Source: a virus (taxonomy: Duplodnaviria > Heunggongvirae > Uroviricota > Caudoviricetes). Taken from it: a DNA stretch of 7,318 nucleotides. Below are positions 1 through 6,291 of the stretch, one piece after another. Both the position numbers and the translations under genes were made by a program. Each line of letters begins with the position of its first letter. The stretch's first letter is position 1. Where the stretch lies: positions 1 through 7,318 of IMG/VR virus record IMGVR_UViG_2531839446_000012. One strand, given 5' to 3'. The notes below the pieces were generated by a model, which was not told the origin of the DNA, ran no database searches, and saw only the letters and a program-made list of their open reading frames with translations.

Positions 1-68
1 CACCTCTCCACCGAAAGTCAGTGCTGGCTGTTTTTTTCCTTAATAAAGCATCTGTAACTGAAACAGTC

Positions 69-84
69 CGCATATTGATAATAT
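69..84. repeat. Left copy of perfect 16-bp direct repeat CGCATATTGATAATAT flanking the IS
   Basis: Identical 16-mer at 69-84 and 1421-1436, directly abutting both IS ends. Candidate target-site duplication, but far longer than the 3-5 bp usual for IS3-family elements. Confidence 0.9.
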
Positions 85-175
85 TGAGCTGGCCCCCTGA
101 AATACCAGACAGTAGATGTATCTTAAAATAAGAGATAGGCTTGGATATATGTCTAACACTAGTTCTAATTTTGAG

Positions 176-544
176 ATGGCTGGCGTTTTGTTAGGAAAAG
201 AGGTGCGTAAACGTAAAACACCTCAGGAAAAAATCGCAATTATTCAACAGACTATGGAGCCGGGCATGACGGTGTCCCACGTGGCGCGTTTGCATGGAAT
301 TCAGCCCAGTCTGTTGTTTAAGTGGAAGAAACAATATCAGGAAGGAAGCCTCACTGCTGTGGCTGCCGGTGAAGACGTTGTTCCTGCTTCTGAACTGGCC
401 GCTGCAATAAAGCAGATTAATCAGCTTCAGCGTTTACTGGGTAAGAAAACCATGGAAGTTGAGATCCTCAAAGAAGCGGTGGAGTATGCACAATCGCGAA
501 AATGGATAGCGCATGTGCCCTTGTTACCTTCGGACAAGGAATAG
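176..544 (+). CDS. IS3-family transposase OrfA (HTH DNA-binding, InsC-like)
   Basis: ORF-track frame 116-544; product from the ATG at 176 ([25 protein letters not shown]...[26 protein letters not shown]) aligns with IS2 InsC as recalled. The longest ORF starts at 116 but the first 20 codons have no counterpart in IS2 OrfA; 149 is another possible start. Confidence 0.8.
   Translation: MAGVLLGKEVRKRKTPQEKIAIIQQTMEPGMTVSHVARLHGIQPSLLFKWKKQYQEGSLTAVAAGEDVVPASELAAAIKQINQLQRLLGKKTMEVEILKEAVEYAQSRKWIAHVPLLPSDKE
497..505 (+). other. Candidate -1 ribosomal frameshift site for OrfAB (CGA AAA TGG; A4 run 499-502)
   Basis: Only homopolymeric stretch in the orfA/orfB overlap; slipping back one base on AAAA puts the ATG at 502-504 in frame and joins ...AQSRK to MDSACALV... 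It is shorter than the A6G motif of IS911-type elements. Confidence 0.4.
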
Positions 545-1383
545 CCCCGGTAAGCCGTGTTCTGGGCGTGTCACGTGCGCAGTTAACATTAAGGATGAAG
601 GCATCTGATAACAAGCCAGATAAACGGCGTCAGAGGCGCGATGAGGCTGCGGATGCAGAAGTCTTATCGCGCATCCTGGATATCATTGGCGATATGCCAG
701 CATACGGGTATCGCCGTGTCTGGGCGATACTCAGGCGGCAGTCCCGAAATGAAGGACTACCGTTCGTGAATGCAAAGCGCGTTTACCGGATAATGAGCGA
801 AAATAGCCTGTTGTTGTTACATGACAAACCATCACGACGGCAGCGGGAACATAAAGGCCGAATATCGGTGAAGGAAAGCGACCAGCGTTGGTGTTCTGAT
901 GGCTTTGAGTTCGGTTGCGATGATGGCGAAAAACTGCGTGTTACGTTCGTCCTGGACTGTTGCGATCGTGAAGCCATAGACTGGGCCGCAAGCACGGGAG
1001 GTTACGATAAAGCGACAGTGCAGGATGTGATGTTAGGAGCGATAGAAAAACGCTTTGGCGATAAAGTACCGGAACAGTCCATCCAGTGGCTGACAGATAA
1101 CGGTTCAGCGTACAGAGCGCATGAAACACGGCAGTTCGCCAGAGAGCTGAATCTGAAGCCCTGCACAACGGCAATCAGTAGCCCCCAGAGTAATGGAATG
1201 GCAGAACGGTTCGTGAAAACGATGAAGGAAGACTACATCGCGTTCATGCCGAAACCAAATGTAAGAACGGCATTGCATAACCTTGCAGTGGCGATCGAGC
1301 ATTACAATGAAAACCATCCGCATAGTGCGTTGGGTTATCGCTCTCCGCGAGAATATCGACGTCAGCGGGTAATGTTAACTTAA
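502..1383 (+). CDS. IS3-family transposase OrfB (integrase/DDE catalytic core, InsD-like), probably made as an OrfAB fusion by -1 frameshift
   Basis: 293-aa ORF in the -1 frame relative to orfA, overlapping it by 43 nt; typical IS3/IS2 OrfB sequence (YRRVWAIL...WCSDGFEF...DNGSAY...[11 protein letters not shown]...[12 protein letters not shown]). Confidence 0.85.
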   Translation: MDSACALVTFGQGIAPVSRVLGVSRAQLTLRMKASDNKPDKRRQRRDEAADAEVLSRILDIIGDMPAYGYRRVWAILRRQSRNEGLPFVNAKRVYRIMSENSLLLLHDKPSRRQREHKGRISVKESDQRWCSDGFEFGCDDGEKLRVTFVLDCCDREAIDWAASTGGYDKATVQDVMLGAIEKRFGDKVPEQSIQWLTDNGSAYRAHETRQFARELNLKPCTTAISSPQSNGMAERFVKTMKEDYIAFMPKPNVRTALHNLAVAIEHYNENHPHSALGYRSPREYRRQRVMLT

Positions 1384-1420
1384 GATACAACCCCTGTCTG
1401 AAAATAAGGGGGCAAGAACA

Positions 1421-1436
1421 CGCATATTGATAATAT
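1421..1436. repeat. Right copy of perfect 16-bp direct repeat CGCATATTGATAATAT flanking the IS
   Basis: See left copy; 16/16 identity, same orientation. Confidence 0.9.
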
Positions 1437-1496
1437 ATTGACAGGCATCATTGCTGTCTGTGAAAAATAAGTCTCTACAAACATATAAGGCCTTTT

Positions 1497-1535
1497 AGCC
1501 AGCGTCTTCTTTCAGGTCAGTCGCTGGCTTTTTTT
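1497..1535 (+). terminator. Plus-strand hairpin plus T-run (possible intrinsic terminator), abutting the nanS-p stop
   Basis: AGCCAGCG (1497-1504) pairs with CGCTGGCT (1522-1529), 8 bp perfect, followed by T6-7 (1530-1535). The 17-nt loop is long, so confidence is low. On the minus strand the U-run precedes the stem, so it is not a minus-strand terminator. Confidence 0.3.
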
Positions 1536-1536
1536 A

Positions 1537-3387
1537 TTATGCTGCCGGTGCATTTATCTCCAGCACCAGACTTTCTATCTCAACGCCATACGCTGCATTT
1601 TTTGTAACATCCGTCAGCGTCAGCGCATTCAGTCCCAGTGTCAGACCGTCTTTTATAACCTGGAATGCCGGGCCAGCCACTCCATTCAGTTTCGGAGTAA
1701 CCGTGGCACTGCCGGCGGTGAACACCAGCTCCAGCGTCTGCCAGTCGTTACCGTAATCGCCGAACTCCCCCAGCTTCGTGTTTCCGGCTTTCCTGTGATG
1801 CATCAGATTCACTCTGCCGTCAGTGGTCTGAGTGAAGTACGACATCAGGAACGGATTACCGGTACCCGTCATCGCCACACCATCAGGAACGGGAGCATCC
1901 GTATACAGATAAATCCCCAGCCCGAACTGATTGTTGGTCAGTGCGCCTGACAGGCGGAACTTACAGGTCAGTCTGCCGCCCTGTGTCAGCAGGGTAATTG
2001 CGTCATCCACCGGATGCGTCAGGGACCAGGTTTTATTGCTCTGCTTGGTGATCTTAAATACACCATCTGACAACTGAATTCCGCCATCCTTAATGCTCCA
2101 GCCCTGCGCAGCAGCCTCTCCGGCTGCCGGCAGCAGGGAGATTGTGCGAACGGACGTATCTGCAGACGGACCCGATGGCGTGTTGCCGCCGGGCGAGGGT
2201 TTGATTTCCGGTGCCTTACCACTGATGAAGGCTGAGGTGCGCCCGGCTGCGTTCAGAATAGCGGTTGCCATACGATCCGGAATAATGCTCCTGCGCGCCC
2301 ATGAACTGAAATGTGTCGGGCGGTTTGATGATACCTGGTTTCCATTCGTTCTCGATGCCGCACCGTAATATCCTGATGCCGGAATATCCGGATCTTCTGC
2401 CGGCGCGTTAGTGGCGGTATTGACGCCGTTACCGTCTGTCATGAAGGGCACAAAATAAACGCCCTCACTCTCCCTGTTTTTATACGCGCCGTACACGGTG
2501 TCGTACTGCGTGCCGTAGGTATTTTTCCAGTAATACGTCGTGTCACCACAAATCCACGGCACATCTGCAGCACTGCCACCATGGCACTGCGCGTTAAACA
2601 CGGAGAGGTCAGCACGAAACTGTGTCAGCATGGCTGTAAACAGCGCAGGTTGCTGTGCGTGGGTGGCGGCGCTCATGTCAAACTCTCCCTGCATCCAGCA
2701 CACCGCCAGCAACACATTTTTCGGGTTCTTCTGTAATGCAGCTTTAGTGCGCGCAATCAGGTCCTGATATAACGGTTTACCCACACCCCAGCGTGCCGAA
2801 TCCTGGCTGGCCCCCGTGTCCGCACTGAATGTCCCCTCAGCGCCCTGGGTGAATGCAGAACCACCACGACAGCATGGTACCAGCAGGATCCCCGCGTTAT
2901 TCGGGATATACGGAAGCAGTTTTTTGGCAATATGTAAGCCCTGGCCGACACAGCCGTACTGCCCTTTGCTCAGGTCTGCCTTCGGATGATTCAGCGTACT
3001 CATATCCTGCACATCATGCAGGCAGTGGTCGGCCGGAATAATATCGTTATATCTGCAGGCAGCCCCACCCGGCGTAACTGTACTGCGGCGCGCCAGCTGT
3101 TTAATGCGCGGATCCGGAGCATCGTATGAATCCGGAAGCGGAAGCCCTTCCCCGTAAGCCATTGCATTGGACTGCCCGGCCAGTACGATGACGTAGTACC
3201 AATCCGGCTCAGTTGCACCACTGACCACCACATCACCTTCTGCTGCAATCGCCTGCATCAGGGTATAAGGGGTTATGGCCACCGGACTACCAAACGGCTG
3301 CCAGCCCTCTTTCAGTTTGTGTGTCAGCTTTTCCGCAAGGTCTGACGGCGACGCCGCCCTGACAACATCATAATGTTTAATCGACAT
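1537..3387 (-). CDS. nanS-p: Prophage sialate 9-O-acetylesterase, NanS-p type (N-terminal DUF1737-like, SASA/SGNH esterase core, C-terminal carbohydrate-binding region)
   Basis: Intact 616-aa ORF; N-terminus MSIKHYDVVRAASPSDLAEKLTHKLKEGWQPFGSPVAI and the esterase motif VLAGQSNAMAYG match the NanS-p proteins of EHEC lambdoid prophages as recalled. SD GGGAGA lies 7 nt upstream of the ATG at 3387. It sits downstream of the tRNA cluster, as in Stx phages. Confidence 0.85.
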   Translation of the reverse strand: MSIKHYDVVRAASPSDLAEKLTHKLKEGWQPFGSPVAITPYTLMQAIAAEGDVVVSGATEPDWYYVIVLAGQSNAMAYGEGLPLPDSYDAPDPRIKQLARRSTVTPGGAACRYNDIIPADHCLHDVQDMSTLNHPKADLSKGQYGCVGQGLHIAKKLLPYIPNNAGILLVPCCRGGSAFTQGAEGTFSADTGASQDSARWGVGKPLYQDLIARTKAALQKNPKNVLLAVCWMQGEFDMSAATHAQQPALFTAMLTQFRADLSVFNAQCHGGSAADVPWICGDTTYYWKNTYGTQYDTVYGAYKNRESEGVYFVPFMTDGNGVNTATNAPAEDPDIPASGYYGAASRTNGNQVSSNRPTHFSSWARRSIIPDRMATAILNAAGRTSAFISGKAPEIKPSPGGNTPSGPSADTSVRTISLLPAAGEAAAQGWSIKDGGIQLSDGVFKITKQSNKTWSLTHPVDDAITLLTQGGRLTCKFRLSGALTNNQFGLGIYLYTDAPVPDGVAMTGTGNPFLMSYFTQTTDGRVNLMHHRKAGNTKLGEFGDYGNDWQTLELVFTAGSATVTPKLNGVAGPAFQVIKDGLTLGLNALTLTDVTKNAAYGVEIESLVLEINAPAA

Positions 3388-3473
3388 CGAATTTCTCCCG
3401 TGTACAGGAACAGAGTTAAAAAGCCGGAACCGGAATCAAATCACAGGATGACCATCTGCCAGTGGCTGGTCGT

Positions 3474-3500
3474 AAAAAAAAGGCCGCGCCATGCGCAGCC
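3474..3500 (-). terminator. Rho-independent terminator (minus strand) between the membrane ORF and nanS-p
   Basis: Minus-strand RNA GGCUGCGC-AUG-GCGCGGCC (8-bp GC-rich stem, one G-U) followed by U8 (reverse complement of the A8 run at 3474-3481). Confidence 0.6.
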
Positions 3501-3701
3501 GGAAATAAAGGGATAACGATGATAGTTTGAGAAAAACAGAAATAACACTTTTGTGGCAAAGCATGGTGCCGGGTGCCTCCCGGTGAATTCAGTACCAGCA
3601 CCTGAATCCGCGATTATCCCATATACCTACTCGCTGATTGCCCCTCCGCACAGGGGGATTCACCATGCAGAAGTGTTTTTAATAAACAGCAAACAAAAAA
3701 A

Positions 3702-3869
3702 TCAAGCATTATGCAGGCTGTTTCTTTTTATCACCGGCCACAGCAATACCACAATGCCGCAGACCAGCACCCCATCCGCCAGCACCGACATGATTCTGCT
3801 GGTGAAATCCACCATCACCACCAGAAACAGCAGGAGTGCAGCCACAGTCAGGCGCAGTTTTACCGTCAC
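3702..3869 (-). CDS. Small hydrophobic membrane protein (55 aa, two predicted TM helices), translationally coupled to the TerB-like gene
   Basis: Not in the ORF track (GTG start, under 60 aa). The GTG at 3869-3867 overlaps the TerB-like stop as GTGA, with GGAG 10 nt upstream. Product MTVKLRLTVAALLLFLVVMVDFTSRIMSVLADGVLVCGIVVLLWPVIKRNSLHNA. Same strand and operon position as its neighbour. Confidence 0.35.
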   Translation of the reverse strand: MTVKLRLTVAALLLFLVVMVDFTSRIMSVLADGVLVCGIVVLLWPVIKRNSLHNA

Positions 3870-4298
3870 AGGTGATTCTCCAGACGAAGACCCAGAACAC
3901 CGGCAATCTCTTCCAGCACCTTGCGCTCTTCCGGCTCAATTTCGCCGTCTGCCTCCGCAATGGCCACCGCCACATCCAGCACATCTTCCGCTTCACGCGT
4001 ATCGTGTTTCACATCCTCGATCTCACGTAACGCCGCACGACGACCAATTTTAAAGTTCGTATCCAGCTGACCGATAATGGTTGCGCTAATCGCATTAATT
4101 TCTGACGTAAACGCGGACAGCGCAGGCTGATTACGCAGTACCTGTTCGATCTTCGCTTTCTAGGAAGCCTCACATTCACCATCTGCACAGGCCACCAGGT
4201 ATGCGGCGTTAATCACCACCTGTGCCAGATCGCGTTTTTCAAACTTTTTAATTTCCGTTGCCGCTCTGCGGGCTTTTTTTACCAAAAATACCAAACAT
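3866..4298 (-). pseudogene. TerB-like (tellurite-resistance TerB domain) gene carrying a +1 frameshift and an in-frame amber codon
   Basis: ATG at 4298-4296 with AAGGA SD gives MFGIFGKK, then the frame breaks in the A7 run (plus T7 at 4274-4280). The downstream frame reads ARRAATEIKKFEKRDLAQVVINAAYLVACADGECEAS*KAKIEQVL...DVLDVAVAIAEADGEIEPEERKVLEEIAGVLGLRLENHL, with TAG at 4162-4160. The two ADG...E..K repeats are the TerB signature as recalled. Removing one A restores a single frame. Confidence 0.7.
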
Positions 4299-4430
4299 CG
4301 TGACGTTCCTTTGGGTGGGTGAGCCAACGCCCGGAAGCGATCTGCCCACAGAGAAAGTCACACTGACCACTCCGTAAGCTCACCCCCGAAAGGCTCTGTG
4401 GTTGATATGCACCGGGCGTGGCGCAGATAC

Positions 4431-4455
4431 AAAAAAGGCCCGCCGAAGCGAGCCT
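4431..4455 (-). terminator. Rho-independent terminator (minus strand) 12 nt after tRNA-Arg
   Basis: Minus-strand RNA AGGCUCGC-UUCG-GCGGGCCU (8-bp stem, UUCG tetraloop) followed by a U5-6 run. Confidence 0.65.
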
Positions 4456-4467
4456 GGAAAATAAGTG

Positions 4468-4544
4468 TGGCGCGTTGTAGTGGAGTCGAACCAGTGACCG
4501 ATTGCTTAGAAGGCAATTGCTCTGTCCGGCTGAGCTAACAACGC
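4468..4544 (-). tRNA. tRNA-Arg (anticodon UCU), phage argN/argO-like
   Basis: Hand-folded cloverleaf: acceptor GCGTTGT/ACAACGC, D-arm GCTC...GAGC, anticodon stem ATTGC/GCAAT with loop CTTCTAA, T-loop TTCGACT, discriminator G, encoded CCA. One C-C mismatch in the T-stem. Confidence 0.8.
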
Positions 4545-4644
4545 AGAATACCGATAATGGACCGCCATCGGGGACCCGCCCCCGCACCAACAACCCTGTT
4601 ATGGTGTCGTCTGCTCTTCCTGATAAGCTAATGGCGGTATGTGA

Positions 4645-4720
4645 TGGTGGCCCTTGCTGGATTTGAACCAGCGACCTGGCGATTATGAGTCGCTCGCTCT
4701 CACCACTGAGCTAAAGGGCC
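4645..4720 (-). tRNA. tRNA-Ile2 (anticodon CAU, ileX/ileZ-like; formally could be tRNA-Met)
   Basis: 76-nt cloverleaf GGCCCTTTAGCTCAGTGGTGAGAGCGAGCGACTCATAATCGCCAGGTCGCTGGTTCAAATCCAGCAAGGGCCACCA: 7-bp acceptor, T-arm GCTGG-TTCAAAT-CCAGC, anticodon loop CTCATAA. Very close to E. coli ileX as recalled. Confidence 0.85.
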
Positions 4721-4769
4721 GGGACCAGAATAATAATGGTGCGAAATTAATTCTGCAATCTCATCCGTT

Positions 4770-5820
4770 TCAAACGATTAAATCCTGAACTTCCCTGACT
4801 GTCTGCTCAAAACGTTCAGTCTCCAGCTCAACGCCAATTGCACGACGCCCGAGCGCCAGTGCCGCTTTTACCGTTGAACCTGAGCCCATAAAAAAATCTG
4901 CAACCAGGTCACCCGGACGACTGCTTGCGCTGATTATCTGCTGCAGCATTTCTGCCGGTTTTTCGCACGGATGTTTCCCGGGATAGAACTGCACCGGTTT
5001 ATGTGTCCACACATCCGTGTACGGCACCTGCGCCGTCACACCAAAATACCGCCGCAGATGCTTATATTCACTCTGCAGCTCCGCATACTGTCGGTTCAGA
5101 GAGGCATACGTATCCACCAGCTGGTGGTGGGGCTTTTCCAGTTCACCCCGCTGATGCTTCTCTTCTGCCACCCGGGCAAACAGTGCCTGTAATTTCAGAT
5201 AATCGCTTTCGTTCGGCAGCTGCCACTGACCGGCACTGAACCAGTGCGACACCATGTTTTTCTTTCCTGTGGCATCTGCAATCTGTTTTGCCGTTATCCC
5301 CAGGACAGCGCGCGCATCACGAAAGTAAGCAATCAGCGGGGCCATCACATGCTGTTTCAGTGCCCTACCCTTCGCCTCATACCCGGCATCTTTCGGACGA
5401 TACGGCCCCTGATAATGCTCTGCGAACAGAATGCGCTCTGTGGCGGGGAAATACGCCCGCAGGCTTTCCTTGTTGCACCCGTTCCAGCGTCCGGACGGCT
5501 TTTGCCCAGATGATATGGTTCAGCACGTTAAACCGCTCACGCATCATGATTTCGGTGTCAGATGCCAGACGATGGCCACAGAACAGGTAAAGACTTCCGG
5601 CAGGTTTCAGCACCCGCCAGAACTGCGCAAGACACTGGTCCAGCCACTTCAGGTAATCTTCATCACCCGCCCACTGGTTATCCCAGCCCTCGGGTTTCAC
5701 TTTGAAGTACGGCGGGTCCGTGACTATCAGGTCAACAGAATTTTCGGGTAACGACCGCATAAATTCCAGGCAGTCGGCGTTGATTAACTCACAACTGGAT
5801 ATTTTTACAGTATTAAGCAT
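4770..5820 (-). pseudogene. Orphan DNA N6-adenine methyltransferase (beta class, N6_N4_Mtase family), split by a +1 frameshift as given
   Basis: N-terminal ORF 5377-5820 has motif IV (DLIVTDPPYF) and NHIIWAK; C-terminal ORF 4770-5348 has HPCEKP and motif I (DFFMGSGST). After WAK the N frame becomes Arg-rich junk, while the +1 frame continues plausibly (PSGRWNGCNKESLRAYFPATERILFAEHYQGPYRP...). Break is at the T4 run 5500-5503 (expected T3). No restriction enzyme gene nearby. Confidence 0.7.
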
Positions 5821-5852
5821 GGATCATTAAGCCTGTCTCTGATAGGCTCATT

Positions 5853-5871
5853 CTGCTTTTGCGCAAAGCAG
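5853..5871 (-). other. Stem-loop (7-bp stem, 5-nt loop) in the MTase leader
   Basis: CTGCTTT (5853-5859) pairs with AAAGCAG (5865-5871); no U-run follows. Confidence 0.3.
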
Positions 5872-5912
5872 TGGGCCTGAGGTTTGCTTGTGAACCCAAC
5901 GCATGAGCAGAT

Positions 5913-5943
5913 GGCTGGTGGGTGCCCCTTACACCCACCAGCC
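5913..5943 (-). other. Perfect 12-bp inverted repeat with 7-nt loop in the MTase leader
   Basis: GGCTGGTGGGTG (5913-5924) and CACCCACCAGCC (5932-5943) are exact reverse complements; loop CCCCTTA. No U-run on either strand, so not a canonical terminator. Confidence 0.4.
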
Positions 5944-5960
5944 GCCCATTTACCACAAAT

Positions 5961-5984
5961 AAAAAAGCCTTCAGGACTGAAGGC
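5961..5984 (-). terminator. Rho-independent terminator (minus strand) overlapping the stop of the small wHTH ORF
   Basis: Minus-strand RNA GCCUUCAG-UC-CUGAAGGC (7-8 bp stem) followed by UUUUUUAUUU. Confidence 0.6.
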
Positions 5985-6168
5985 GTCTGTAACAACCAAA
6001 CTGATAGTCTGCCAGACCCGCCATAACCAGCTGGGTCAGTATTAACTGGCAGCGTTCGCGTGAAAGGTAAGTATTCTGCGCAATCTCCCCGACTGTCGCC
6101 GGGTCGGTAACGCTTAATTCATTAAACACCACTCTGGCGGTTTCTGTCATATCCTGCTGTTTCAGCAT
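5971..6168 (-). CDS. Small winged-helix/HTH DNA-binding protein (65 aa), function unknown
   Basis: Internal ATG of ORF-track entry 5971-6291, product MLKQQDMTETARVVFNELSVTDPATVGEIAQNTYLSRERCQLILTQLVMAGLADYQFGCYRRLQS; the N-terminal extension is rejected because it crosses the upstream terminator and looks non-protein-like. HTH-like segment TVGEIAQNTYLSRERCQLILTQLVMAGL; weak SD AAGGG upstream. Confidence 0.45.
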   Translation of the reverse strand: MLKQQDMTETARVVFNELSVTDPATVGEIAQNTYLSRERCQLILTQLVMAGLADYQFGCYRRLQS

Positions 6169-6291
6169 GTCTTTTTCCCTTTTCCGGTTAACGTGACACA
6201 CCAATAACTCTTGTCGAAAAAGCCAGCAACCTGAAAGAACGGTATTAATAACCACCAGCGAATTTATTGCGCTGCTGTATATTACGGACAC

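Larger units (their letters stand above)
86..1420 (+). mobile_element. IS3-family insertion sequence, IS2-like, about 1.33 kb
   Basis: Two overlapping transposase ORFs in 0/-1 frames (orfA 176-544, orfB 502-1383). Imperfect terminal inverted repeats: left end TGAGCTGGCCCCCTGAAATACCAGACAG (86-113) versus reverse complement of right end TGTTCTTGCCCCCTTATTTTCAGACAGG (1420-1393); element ends 5'-TG...CA-3'. Ends resemble the IS2 termini as recalled. Boundaries +/- 2 bp. Confidence 0.85.

Noticed and set aside
116-175. Longest-ORF start (ATG 116) for transposase orfA
   Set aside because: The first 20 codons ([20 protein letters not shown]) have no counterpart in IS2 OrfA as recalled; 176 aligns with the homologue's N-terminus. 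Listed as an alternative, not excluded.
783-1323. Minus-strand ORFs inside the IS (783-995, 941-1174, 1105-1323)
   Set aside because: Antisense shadow ORFs within transposase orfB.
2019-3248. Six short ORF-track entries inside or opposite nanS-p (2019-2222, 2093-2368, 2540-2767, 2757-2951, 2853-3041, 3000-3248)
   Set aside because: All lie within the 616-aa nanS-p gene in other frames or antisense, and have Arg/Pro-rich, protein-unlike composition; treated as shadow ORFs.
3709-3996. Minus-strand 95-aa ORF (Trp/Arg-rich)
   Set aside because: It is a different frame from the TerB-like reading frame over the same nucleotides and has implausible composition.
3553-4053. Plus-strand 166-aa ORF (Pro/His-rich) and nested 3836-4030 ORF
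   Set aside because: Antisense to the TerB-like gene and membrane ORF, low-complexity, no SD; the minus-strand frame gives a recognisable TerB fold instead.
3388-4467. Shiga toxin genes (stxA/stxB) in the interval between the tRNAs and nanS-p
   Set aside because: The interval is about 1.1 kb, too short for stxAB, and translation shows a TerB-like gene plus a small membrane ORF instead; no A-subunit-like ORF on either strand.
4279-4593. Minus-strand 104-aa ORF
   Set aside because: It runs through the tRNA-Arg gene and its terminator; the sequence is accounted for by those RNA features and the TerB-like gene start.
4545-4644. A third tRNA (argN/argO-like) between the two tRNAs
   Set aside because: No T-loop (GTTCGA/GTTCAA) or acceptor pairing found on either strand; only a GC-rich segment with short inverted repeats (ACCGCCAT / ATGGCGGT).
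4971-5751. Plus-strand ORFs 4971-5192, 5003-5239, 5244-5513, 5288-5590, 5431-5751
   Set aside because: All are antisense to the methyltransferase, which carries unambiguous motifs on the minus strand; compositions are Pro/Arg/His-rich.
5971-6291. Full 106-aa version of the small HTH ORF starting at 6291
   Set aside because: The N-terminal 41 codons cross the 6292-6312 terminator region and look non-protein-like; the internal ATG at 6168 has an SD and gives a compact HTH protein.
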